A stretch of 64,000 nt of DNA from Nitrospirota bacterium (GTDB taxonomy: Bacteria > Nitrospirota > UBA9217), in NCBI GenBank assembly GCA_963845065.1, contig CAWJQQ010000009.1, positions 608,001-672,000 on the forward strand. The letters are read 5' to 3'. Positions 53,723 through 63,095 of the stretch are shown piece by piece (the first letter of the stretch is position 1; each line of letters starts with the position of its first letter). Under the pieces are notes generated by a model that saw only the letters and a program-made list of their open reading frames with translations, ran no database searches and was not told the origin of the DNA. The position numbers and the translations under genes were made by a program.

Positions 53723-54400
53723 AGTTGCGCTTTAGTTAAGGGACGTGAGCGTTGAACCACTCGATACCAGAGAAACCGTATAGAGGACGTTCGATACGCC
53801 ACCAAAGCTAGGCACAGCCGACGCTTTACTCGTCATAATATAATGTGGCCGACACTGCCGTCAAGAAATCGCAATATTCGAGAGTGCGGATCCGGTTGAT
53901 TCCGACGTTATTGTTTCCGAAATGATGTACGCCGCAAGCCGATTTAGAACGTCCTCCACATACAGAAAAAACGACTTCAGCTAAACAGAGAAAACAAAAC
54001 CATACGTCATCTCTTAACTACAAAAGCTGCTTTAGAAGAGGAAGGATCATGTGCCTTTGGTTTCAGGAAGACTGCAGGTCAGATCTCCGGTTTTACTATC
54101 GGCATGTTATAATAAATACAGGTCAGCACCGCTACCGATGCTCGCAGATAAGTAAACTTCATTTTTCAGAAGGCTATTCTGGAATCGACAAAAAAAACGC
54201 AAGAAAGAGAGATCGTGAGGCGACAACCTCCTAAAACATAACGAATGTGTTAACGAGCAAGGTAGTTGTTTAAGCAAAAAAAAAATAAGGTGAAACAAAA
54301 CCAAGCAACTTCAATCTCATAATGTGAGCAAATGGAAAAAAATTGTTTTGCCGTAGGGTCGGGTTATATGAATTTAAAAAACAATATAAAGACGGGAAAT

Positions 54401-55360
54401 ATGAAACGAATGAAAAAAATGCCAAATATTTTCGTCGTGATATTTGTTAGTACTGTATTTTCCTTTTTGCCGTCGTACGCAGGAGCCACCGCGGATTCAA
54501 ATTTTCTCGTGGACGCAGGGTGGCTTGCCTCCGGTATGCATAAGGTGGTTATAGTGGACGCAAGGGACAACGGTGACTACCTGAAGGGACACATCGCCGG
54601 AGCAATAAACATTGACGTGAATGACCTCCAGACCAAACCCGATGCCATCATGTTTCCCGTTGCCCAGGTGGAAAAAATACTCGGGGAGAAAGGCCTTGAT
54701 ATAAACAGCGATGTGGTTTTATACGCAGCCGGACGGGAAATGGCATATCTAGAATTCTGGATGTTAGATTATCTAGGGATGCACAGGCTCCATGTCTTAA
54801 ACGGGGGCATAGAAGAATGGAAAGGGGAGCTTTCAACCGAGGAGGTGAAACTTCCATCTACCGTATTCAAAGCAAAGCCCGATCTCTCAAAATACGCTAC
54901 AACCGATTATGCTCGAGAACACCTCAAGAAACCGGGCGTTACACTTCTGGACGTCCGTACTGCCGGTGAATATCAAGGGACGGATGTAAGGTCGTTATGG
55001 GGTGGGCATATTCCCGGTGCTGTAAACCTGAACTACCAAGAGAACTTCCAGAGCGATACGACGAATCTTAAATCCATTGAAGAATTAAAAAAGATCTACG
55101 CTAAAGTGGATCGTCAAAAGGAGGTAATTGCTTATTGCCAAACTGGCACCAGAGCGGCAAATTCCTATTTTGTGCTGAGGGAACCAGGATTCACGAAGGT
55201 TAGGGTGTATGATGCGTCATGGATTGAATGGGGAAGTAACCTTAGCTTGCCCGCAGATAATGTAAGCTACTTTAACTTTGTTTCCATCCTGAATTCAATT
55301 AAAACACTGCAAAGTGAATTAACGGATATCGAGGAAAAGCAGGCGACAAGTGAGAAATAA
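54401..55360 (+). CDS. Exported tandem-rhodanese sulfurtransferase
   Basis: Signal peptide, GHIAGA, GHIPGA, active-site YCQTGTRA, YDASWIEW. Confidence 0.88.
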   Translation: MKRMKKMPNIFVVIFVSTVFSFLPSYAGATADSNFLVDAGWLASGMHKVVIVDARDNGDYLKGHIAGAINIDVNDLQTKPDAIMFPVAQVEKILGEKGLDINSDVVLYAAGREMAYLEFWMLDYLGMHRLHVLNGGIEEWKGELSTEEVKLPSTVFKAKPDLSKYATTDYAREHLKKPGVTLLDVRTAGEYQGTDVRSLWGGHIPGAVNLNYQENFQSDTTNLKSIEELKKIYAKVDRQKEVIAYCQTGTRAANSYFVLREPGFTKVRVYDASWIEWGSNLSLPADNVSYFNFVSILNSIKTLQSELTDIEEKQATSEK

Positions 55361-55633
55361 CAAAAAGTAGATCGGGTTGAGTATTGAATTTATATGGTCC
55401 GGAGGAGATGGTTTTGAAATCCCGCCTCTCCGGGCTCTAATTTCCATTAGGTGCATTTTTTGCGTACTACAGGAATATTTCTTGAATGTAAGAAATTCAA
55501 GAGGGGATCTACGCCAGGTCGATGATCCTGACCACCGTTCAACATTTAAAAGTTCATATTTCTTGAACCCAGAAATATTTTGACGTTTAATGTCTCTTTC
55601 GCACTAGATCGAGCGGAACTACCGGTAAAATAG

Positions 55634-55990
55634 TCAATTACAGTTATTTTTGTTCAACGCACCGTCCTTTATCCAAGAGGGATCTCTTTTGTCTGAGAAC
55701 TTTATCTTTAGCATCTTGATTCGTTCAACCTCTCCAAAACCTGAACCTTGACATTCTCCGTGAGTCGCAAAACTTCCACTCTTCATGAGGTCGGCAAGTT
55801 TATCCATGTTGCCTAATTCTTCAAACCGGAACGCTTCATTTAATGCCTCCCGGATAGAAACGGCTAATGCACCTTCTTTTGAATTATAAAACTCGTCTGC
55901 CTGGCATGCAGAAGCTGTTTCATAGACTGAGAAAACGATCACAACGCAAGCAACAAATAAAGTGATCCTTTTTGTTATTTGATTCATCAT
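55634..55990 (-). CDS. Hypothetical secreted protein, possibly locally frameshifted
   Basis: Signal peptide; directly downstream of the MerB-like gene. Confidence 0.5.
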   Translation of the reverse strand: MMNQITKRITLFVACVVIVFSVYETASACQADEFYNSKEGALAVSIREALNEAFRFEELGNMDKLADLMKSGSFATHGECQGSGFGEVERIKMLKIKFSDKRDPSWIKDGALNKNNCN

Positions 55991-56014
55991 TGCCCTACGT
56001 GTACGATAGCCTAT

Positions 56015-57019
56015 CTATTTCAGAAAATCTCCAAATATATTTTCCCCATGATCAAGCACTTGATGAAGCAGATACATTTCTCCCTTTCCATAGGCAGGGT
56101 TATTCTCACGCCATTTCTCCAGATGTTCCTGGGAGCAAAAGAAGTTCATGAACGGACAAAAGGTCTTTGCGGTACATCCGCATTGTTCCCCGCTGCTGAC
56201 GAATTCGATGACGCCTTCAGGAAGACAGGAGACAACCCTACCGTCCTTCACTTCAATCTTAATTTCGTTTTCGCACTCAGGACAACGAGAATGGACGGAA
56301 ATGTTCTCACGGAGCATGAAATGGATGCCAAGGGCGTCTGTAGCGCAGAGGGCATACACCTCATGCCCGTCCTGAAAGATAACTTTATGGCGGGTTGCTT
56401 TAGCGGAGAAGGGATACGCTGAAATAATTTCACTGCCTTCCATCGTCAGGATATCCGCATTATGCAGTTTTACGACGAAGCGGTGAACTGATTCGAGGGT
56501 AGTAAATTTCATTGCCTTGGTGATTGTTTTCTCGGATGGGGGCTTGCCAGTCCTTGCAAACACCTTTAGAATATATTTGCGCGTCTCTTCTTCCGATTGA
56601 CTCAGGTACGCTTCCCTCACTCTTCCTTTAACCGTTTCCCCGATTTGTTCCATGAGGCCTGTCAAAACGGTCTTACCTTTATAGGATGTGCTCTCCGTTC
56701 TGCAGTTCCCATCCTTCAGCGCTTTTCGCAGCGTATCAACCGATGGGACATTTACGAGTCTGCCCGACTCGTCCCTGAACATCCTTCAGGAAAAACTGGC
56801 AGTACCCTGCGGCTGCAATTCCTTTCCGTCAAAAAAAACGGATGGCGATCCGCTGAGTCTAAGTTTTGCCGCTTTTTCAACGCTGATTCGATAAATGCCT
56901 ACTTCAGCATGAATCTTTTCGGCTTCTATAGCGCGGGCGATGTTCTCTTGTAACGCTTCCTCGGAACCGCATCCTTGTGATATATAACAGTCGATTTTCA
57001 CGCTCATCCCACTTGCCAT
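56015..57019 (-). CDS. Probable selenoprotein: thioredoxin-like domain fused to MerB-like organometallic lyase (Sec at codon 78)
   Basis: ORFs 56786-57019 and 56015-56782 are in frame (TCC TGA AGG ATG); GSPSVFFDG...SU-R motif; MerB-type SAYPFS, YALCATDALG, FCPFMNFF. Confidence 0.78.
56745..56775 (-). promoter_or_regulatory. Bacterial SECIS-like hairpin
   Basis: mRNA GGGAC-GAGUC-[GGGCA]-GACUC-GUAAAU-GUCCC; apical loop starts with G, 20 nt after the UGA. Confidence 0.7.
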
Positions 57020-57216
57020 GTTCAGTTTAGAAAAATATGCTTAACATCGAATCTGAAGCATTCTCGAGTTTAGGTATGAAGAAAAAGCGCCGCCTGTATT
57101 AACGAACCAAGAAGCATCATTCGTAAGGGCGGTAGTTCACTGCTGATAAGAGATGTAGCAGCACCTGCCGATAAAACCAGCAGTTGACGGTGGACTGTTC
57201 TGCGCAGTTTCTAAGG

Positions 57217-59502
57217 TCAGTAGGCGTAGTAGGGTCCGGTGCCCAGATTCGATACTTGACCTTCAATTCCCATATAAATGCTTTGTCCGAAATAGAACGG
57301 CAGCCCCCAGTCGAAAAAATCCTCGGATGCAGGTACAGAGCCCCCGATATTAGAGAATACCTGGTTGGACGAATTTGTGAGGCTGTCGAAATTGCCGATT
57401 TGGAAGGAAACATTATTGATCGGGGTTCCTAAATACCCTTTATTCTCAGCGGACAGGGTTGTTGTGGACGCGGGACAGAACCAGCCTTGATTATCGCTGC
57501 ATTGGGGCAGCTGACTAGATGACGCGGTGAAAAAAAGGCCATTAGACCCGCTGTCTAAGATGCTGCCATAAGATATGCCGTTAAAGACAGTCAACATTTC
57601 CTCGTAGTCTTCGTCCTTTATATTGTTGTCAACGCTATACATCGTAGCCCCGCTGGACGCATTATTCGAACGTGTATCGATCCCGAGTACAAGGGTGCCA
57701 TTGACTGAGAGTGATCCACTTGATGGAACGGTCGGCAGCTGGACAATCACACCGTTGCTGTCCGTAGGGAGACTTACGACAGGATTTGAAACCTGATTAG
57801 AAAGAGGAGCCGTAGTTGGGTTGCAAACCGTCCCACTGCACGAGTAGTAGATTCCGATTAAGTTGCTGCTTACGCATGACGGACCGCAGTCCTGGTCAAA
57901 GAGGCCGATGCCGAGGATGCCGCTAAATCCCGCATCTGTCGGGTTTAGGTCAGGTGTAGTACTACATGCCTCAGGCACGGTGCCGAACGTAGCATCAATG
58001 ACCTGGATCGGAACGTCAACTGCGGGCTCATTCCCCAGGATCACACCCGCCAATTTGACCGGTCCCCAGTCAGCCGAGCCATCAGCGAACTGGGCGCAGT
58101 TAGTAAGCAAACCAGTACCACTTGCTATCGTTTGCAGAGAAACGGTCAATACTTGCTGGAAGATCCGCAAACCGTAGCTTCCAGTATCGAGAAGAATGTC
58201 GTTAATAGTCTGACAGGCAGTAGTGGAGCCAGGTGTACAGATCGTAACACTGACGCAAGGTTTGTTGATATAACTGGCGGAAGTGATGGACGAGCAGAGC
58301 GAGCCGTTCACAGTGATGGGCATCACATTAATGACGGCGACTGTCAGCGTTGTAGATCCTGATACGTTTCCTAACGTAGCTGTCATCGTCGTACTGCCTG
58401 TGGAAACCGAAGTGGCCAGTCCATTGGAGCCTGCAGCATTGCTGATGGTAGCTACAGACGGGGTTGATGAACTCCAGGTTGTTGACGCTGTAATGTCCTG
58501 AGTAGTGCTGTCCGAGTAAGTTCCGGTGGCAGTAAACTGCTGTATTGAACCAAGAGCGATGGTTGGGTTGGTCGGTTTCACCAAAATGGATACGAGCACT
58601 ACCGGAGTAACTGTCAGCGTCGCAGAGCTCGTAACGCCTTCTGACGTAGCTGTAAGCGTCGTGGTGCCTGTGGAAACCGAAGTGGCCAGTCCATTGGACC
58701 CTGCAGCATTGCTGATGGTGGCAACAGTTGTGGATGATGAACTCCAGATTGCAGATACCGTTACGTTTTGCGTCGTATTGTCGGAGAAAGTTCCCGTTGC
58801 AGTAAATTGCAGCATCGTGCCTAAGGCAATGCTTGGATTGATCGGTGTGACAGCAATTGATACGAGCGTTGCTGATGTCACCGTCAACTGGGTGGTTCTC
58901 GATATGTTTGTTGCCGGGTCGGTTGCTGTGATTGTAGTCGAGCCAGTTGCTACTGATGTGGCCAACCCTTTGGATTCTGTAGCATTGCTGATGGTACAAA
59001 CAGTTGTAGACGATGAACTCCAGATAGCAGATGTTGTCAAGTTTTGTGTCGTATTGTCGGAAAAAAATCCCATGGCTGTAAATTGCTGCGTTGTGTCAGG
59101 GGCAATACGCGGGTTGGTCGGCGTAACCGAAATGAATATGAGCACTGCTGGAGTAACTTTCAGTGTTGTAGAACCCGATACGCTTCCTGATGTTGCCGTG
59201 ATCGTGGCTAGGCCTGTTGCCACCGACGTGGCCGTACCATTGGATCCTGCTGCATTACTGATGGTAGCAACATTCGTGGACGATGAACTCCAGATAGCAG
59301 ATGTCGTCAAGTTTTGCGTCGTATTGTCTGAATAAGTTCCCGTGGCAGTAAATTGCTGACTCGTGCCATTGGCAATGCTTGGATTGGTCGGCGTTACCGT
59401 GATAGATACAAGCGTTGGCGCACTCGACCCTCCGCCCGAAACCCCACAACCAGCCAGCAGTATAATGATCAGCAAAAGCAGCGGTGCTCTATTTGATTTC
59501 AC
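57217..59502 (-). CDS. Lipoprotein with four Ig-like (Big_2) repeats and DUF3443 domain
   Basis: Lipobox LAGC; repeated LVSI.VTPTNP...QFTATG..SD; LLDTGSYGLRI, ILDSGSNG, FDWGLPFYFG. Confidence 0.85.
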   Translation of the reverse strand: MKSNRAPLLLLIIILLAGCGVSGGGSSAPTLVSITVTPTNPSIANGTSQQFTATGTYSDNTTQNLTTSAIWSSSSTNVATISNAAGSNGTATSVATGLATITATSGSVSGSTTLKVTPAVLIFISVTPTNPRIAPDTTQQFTAMGFFSDNTTQNLTTSAIWSSSSTTVCTISNATESKGLATSVATGSTTITATDPATNISRTTQLTVTSATLVSIAVTPINPSIALGTMLQFTATGTFSDNTTQNVTVSAIWSSSSTTVATISNAAGSNGLATSVSTGTTTLTATSEGVTSSATLTVTPVVLVSILVKPTNPTIALGSIQQFTATGTYSDSTTQDITASTTWSSSTPSVATISNAAGSNGLATSVSTGSTTMTATLGNVSGSTTLTVAVINVMPITVNGSLCSSITSASYINKPCVSVTICTPGSTTACQTINDILLDTGSYGLRIFQQVLTVSLQTIASGTGLLTNCAQFADGSADWGPVKLAGVILGNEPAVDVPIQVIDATFGTVPEACSTTPDLNPTDAGFSGILGIGLFDQDCGPSCVSSNLIGIYYSCSGTVCNPTTAPLSNQVSNPVVSLPTDSNGVIVQLPTVPSSGSLSVNGTLVLGIDTRSNNASSGATMYSVDNNIKDEDYEEMLTVFNGISYGSILDSGSNGLFFTASSSQLPQCSDNQGWFCPASTTTLSAENKGYLGTPINNVSFQIGNFDSLTNSSNQVFSNIGGSVPASEDFFDWGLPFYFGQSIYMGIEGQVSNLGTGPYYAY
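58335..59415 (-). repeat. Four intragenic ~270-bp tandem repeats (Ig-like domains)
   Basis: Recurring GATGAACTCCAG and GCATTGCTGATGGT blocks at ~270-bp period. Confidence 0.85.
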
Positions 59503-59962
59503 TGACTGTAACTCCTTGCGGGATCAATGCAGGCGTATAGGCGCGGCCCTGGAGGTTCCGCATATGTCCCCATTTCTCCACAACGATGCGGTCAGTTTTA
59601 ATCTGCTGGGATCTTTGGCCGTGCATGCGGGGCGCTCTGCGCTGCGCTTCCTGGTATTCATTAGCGTAGGAACCGAGTAGCTGCGTCAGGTCAGGGAAAA
59701 CCAAACCGTTCCAGGCAACGCCGAATACGATGCCCGATGATGAAATATATTCTCTAACAGTAACCGCATCGGACTCAATTTGCTGTACGGTATAGTTTGC
59801 ATGGGTCATTGTCGTCGCGTTACGCGTGGCCGAGAGGGCCTTTCGGTCAACCATCACCGAATCTGCGGCCTCTCCAAGAGTGGCTCGAGCTGAAGGGGCT
59901 GTTGCTAGTGCGGACCCTATCAGAATCACGCCAAGAACCGCATAATAGATTATATATTTCAT
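59489..59962 (-). CDS. DUF2844-family secreted protein
   Basis: ARATLG, TVREYI...VFGVAWNG, PDLTQLLGSY, GHMRNLQGRAY...PQGV. Confidence 0.85.
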   Translation of the reverse strand: MKYIIYYAVLGVILIGSALATAPSARATLGEAADSVMVDRKALSATRNATTMTHANYTVQQIESDAVTVREYISSSGIVFGVAWNGLVFPDLTQLLGSYANEYQEAQRRAPRMHGQRSQQIKTDRIVVEKWGHMRNLQGRAYTPALIPQGVTVSEIK

Positions 59963-60339
59963 AATGAGTTGGCCTTTCCTGCTTGTATTGATATCTAAAG
60001 CAGACGTACAATCACCGTTAGGATCACTGTGCTTTCTGGACTTACCTTCGTTAACGATGCCATATCCCCCGTTCGTTTCTTCCCAATAATACGATTTTTA
60101 TCGACAAGAATTCAATATAATTTTTTGGAAGGGAGGTCAACAGTTAACTCTTTCAGTCTTATTTTTTACGTTAGCGTATCCGAAATCCCCTTCTGCTTCG
60201 GTGATTCGATCTTATCACCGGAACAAAACTCCTGGAAAGTAATGAGAAACCGCAGTCTCTTCTCAAAGTTGTTTGACAAGCCAAAACGGGCAAGACCGGC
60301 CATTTGAAGTACACCGTTCCACGGTTCCTGATTCTACTG

Positions 60340-61176
60340 TGAAGTTCATTACGTTTTGATTCGAGGGATCGGCTATCAGACGACGATCGTGAAAAAGTGT
60401 ACCTGTAACCAGGGGTACAACCTCTACATTCAACCTGGCACAGTTACCGATCATTACCTTGACAACCGGCACGGATTATGTTTCGAGTGCAACGATAACT
60501 TCTACGAAGTCCTGGGTAGACTTCCATCAGACCCTGCCTGCAGCAGGAGAGGTGCCGTATGAGATATGGTTCAGGCATTTTAATCCTCTCACTGGAGTTT
60601 TCAGTGGGTTTAAGTTGTCGAACAGTCAAGTGCAATTGGGAGTATACAGCAGCACTATTACGCTTAATGCCGTCACTTCTCGTGAGGGCATTGGCGGTTA
60701 CCAAGTCGTCGCAGGAGCTGATGCAGAATTATATGTCCCGAGTGCATTTCCCGGGTACTCATATCCAAATATCACTTCTTTTTCCACTAATACCGCTTTT
60801 GATACCCTTACGGTGGTATCACCCTGGGCTGGAAACACTGTTACTGGTGTGATATCTATGTCGAGCACCACTGCGATGGGCAGTGAGATGGATACAGGTG
60901 TCGTATTTGCCGTGAATGGGGGGCTTGATTGTAGATACCATTAGCACGGGGAGAGGCGATTTGCCGCTATCAGATGTCAGCACTGGCGGAACCTATACCA
61001 TTTCGAATCTTCCGGGAGGTACTATGGCAGATCCCATGCCATCAGCATATTATGGCGTTGATGCCTCGCATTGGTCCTCTACGTCATCAACCTATGAAGC
61101 GATTACAGTATCCCAGGTTGTTGATCTGCGCAGTGGGAATGATACAGAGAATCTACAAATGATTCCCCTTTGGTAG
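60340..61176 (+). pseudogene. Frameshifted 3' remnant of a Ser/Thr-rich surface protein gene
   Basis: Three overlapping ORFs (60356, 60459, 60916) of consistent composition in different frames, followed by a terminator. Confidence 0.5.
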
Positions 61177-61196
61177 TACATCTTTTCTATTGAATT

Positions 61197-61232
61197 GAGG
61201 TCTTCCCGATACGGAAGACCTCTCTTTATTTT
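61197..61232 (+). terminator. Rho-independent terminator
   Basis: GAGGTCTTCC-CGATAC-GGAAGACCTC then T-rich run. Confidence 0.65.
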
Positions 61233-61749
61233 CAGTATAGTGTGGATTGATAATTCATGTGCAGATCTTTTAGCAATAGAGCTCGTAAAATCAAATAGTA
61301 TCAGATTTGCGATGTTATTTGTTTATTCATGCAGGGACTGCTGAGGGCCAGCTGTGCTCAGTGTGAGGAACAGCATGCTCCTGATCACGTTCTCGGAGAA
61401 TGCGGTACTCCATCATAAGACAAAAATGTAGGAACGAGGCAAGCATGCCGACTGCACCCAGGACTTTTGAGATTGTAGGCATTTCAGGCATATTTCAGCG
61501 CACCGGTTTGATGTCAATCCCCTATGTCGTCGTAAGCGACGGCCAGGATGGGAGGTCATGCAATAGGGCTAAGATAATCATCTGCGCATGACGAAATATA
61601 AGTTGAAGAACACGATGTTGAACGCCCAGAATGGATGTCGCCACATGTAGGGTATAATTTCTTTCCCCGCCGATGTGTCACTATCCTTTCCTGGGAGATT
61701 AGCTGTGCTTTTGTCCCTCGGGAGCGCAGTGGCTTGCCTACACGGGGAC

Positions 61750-63024
61750 TTATGTCTTCCGTCGTTCATCTCGTATCGTGTGTTCGAGTACGTCGATCGC
61801 ACGCATCAACTGCTGGTCCCGAGAGGCGCGTAGCTCCGCACTTGTAATGCCGTCTTCTGCTGCCGGAACGAGCGGCGAGGCGTGGCCAGGAAGAGGAACG
61901 GGCACATCGGGTGTGATGCCTTTGTGCCAGATAGTCCGTCCCTTCGGAGTAAGCCATTCCATGACGGCGAGCATCACCGCCGAGCCATCAGAAAGTGGAA
62001 TGTCGTTCAAGACGGTCCCTGTGCCGAACGTGGTTTCACCCACGATGGTTGCGCGCCCTGCATCCTGGAGTGCGCCTGCGACGATCTCAGAAGCGCTGGC
62101 AGTTCCGATGTTGATCAGGACGACCATGGGCAAATCGCACTTCCTCGTTCCCGAAGTTATTGGCACCATGCGAATATCTCCTTTGGCGTTCTTTTCCTGC
62201 AGCACTGGACCCGTCTTGAGAAATTGGCTGGCAACACCCACCGCCATATCCAACAGTCCGCCAGGGTCGTTCCGGAGGTCAAGAACCAGACCTGTTGCCC
62301 CGCGCTGCTCGATATAGGAAAGCACTCCTTCCATGTCATAGGACGTTCCCTTGCTGAAAAGAGCGATCCGTAGATGCGCGATGGTCGTTCCCGGCAGCAT
62401 ATGCCACGTCACGCTTCGGATGGAAATATTCGCACGCGTGATGACGATCTCCTTCATCTTCTCTGTTTTGGGGTCCCTGATCGTCAGTGTCACGCGGGAA
62501 CCAGCCGGGCCGAGAATTTTTCGGACCGTTTCCTGGAGTGATAGTCCTGCCGTGTCGATGCCGTCTACCTTGACTATAATGTCGCCGGGGTGGAGGCCTG
62601 CTTTTTGCGCTGGCGTTCCGTCCATTGGCGCCACGATCACGATCTGATTGTCCTTCTTCTGGACTTCCGCTCCGATTCCCGCAAATTTTCCCTGCTCGAT
62701 CGTTTGCTCAGCCTGCACCATCTCGGGATTCAGAAAAGAGCTGTGGCCCGTATCTCCTAGGGAGTTCACCATGCCTGTGATTGCACCGTAGGCCATCGAC
62801 CGGGGCTTCACGCTGGCTCGGTCAACGTAGTTCTCATCGATTGCGTTCCAAGCCTCAGCCATTAGCTTGAAGTCGGGCATCGCATTCTTCGATATGACGG
62901 AGGATGGAACGGGATCGAAAATGATATAGTGCTGCATTGCCACGCCGGCAAGCAGCCCGATAAGAAACGGCAGCAGCCAAGCCACAACGCCGCGGGAATT
63001 ATTCATGGGGACCCTCGCAATCAT
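61750..63024 (-). CDS. S41-family carboxyl-terminal processing protease (CtpA-like)
   Basis: PDZ domain (GIGAEV), LDLRNDPGG, TASASEIVAGALQD, GETTFG. Confidence 0.9.
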   Translation of the reverse strand: MIARVPMNNSRGVVAWLLPFLIGLLAGVAMQHYIIFDPVPSSVISKNAMPDFKLMAEAWNAIDENYVDRASVKPRSMAYGAITGMVNSLGDTGHSSFLNPEMVQAEQTIEQGKFAGIGAEVQKKDNQIVIVAPMDGTPAQKAGLHPGDIIVKVDGIDTAGLSLQETVRKILGPAGSRVTLTIRDPKTEKMKEIVITRANISIRSVTWHMLPGTTIAHLRIALFSKGTSYDMEGVLSYIEQRGATGLVLDLRNDPGGLLDMAVGVASQFLKTGPVLQEKNAKGDIRMVPITSGTRKCDLPMVVLINIGTASASEIVAGALQDAGRATIVGETTFGTGTVLNDIPLSDGSAVMLAVMEWLTPKGRTIWHKGITPDVPVPLPGHASPLVPAAEDGITSAELRASRDQQLMRAIDVLEHTIRDERRKT

Positions 63025-63095
63025 TCATTATTTCATTTCCACGGATACCTTTCATTCTTTGTGCAAATCACATCACGGGCCGTACTCGCCCTGGA

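Noticed and set aside
55394..55435. tRNA-like 3' end on the minus strand (...TTCAAAACCATCTCCTCCGGACCA)
   Set aside because: No cloverleaf can be built; more likely a simple hairpin downstream of the rhodanese gene
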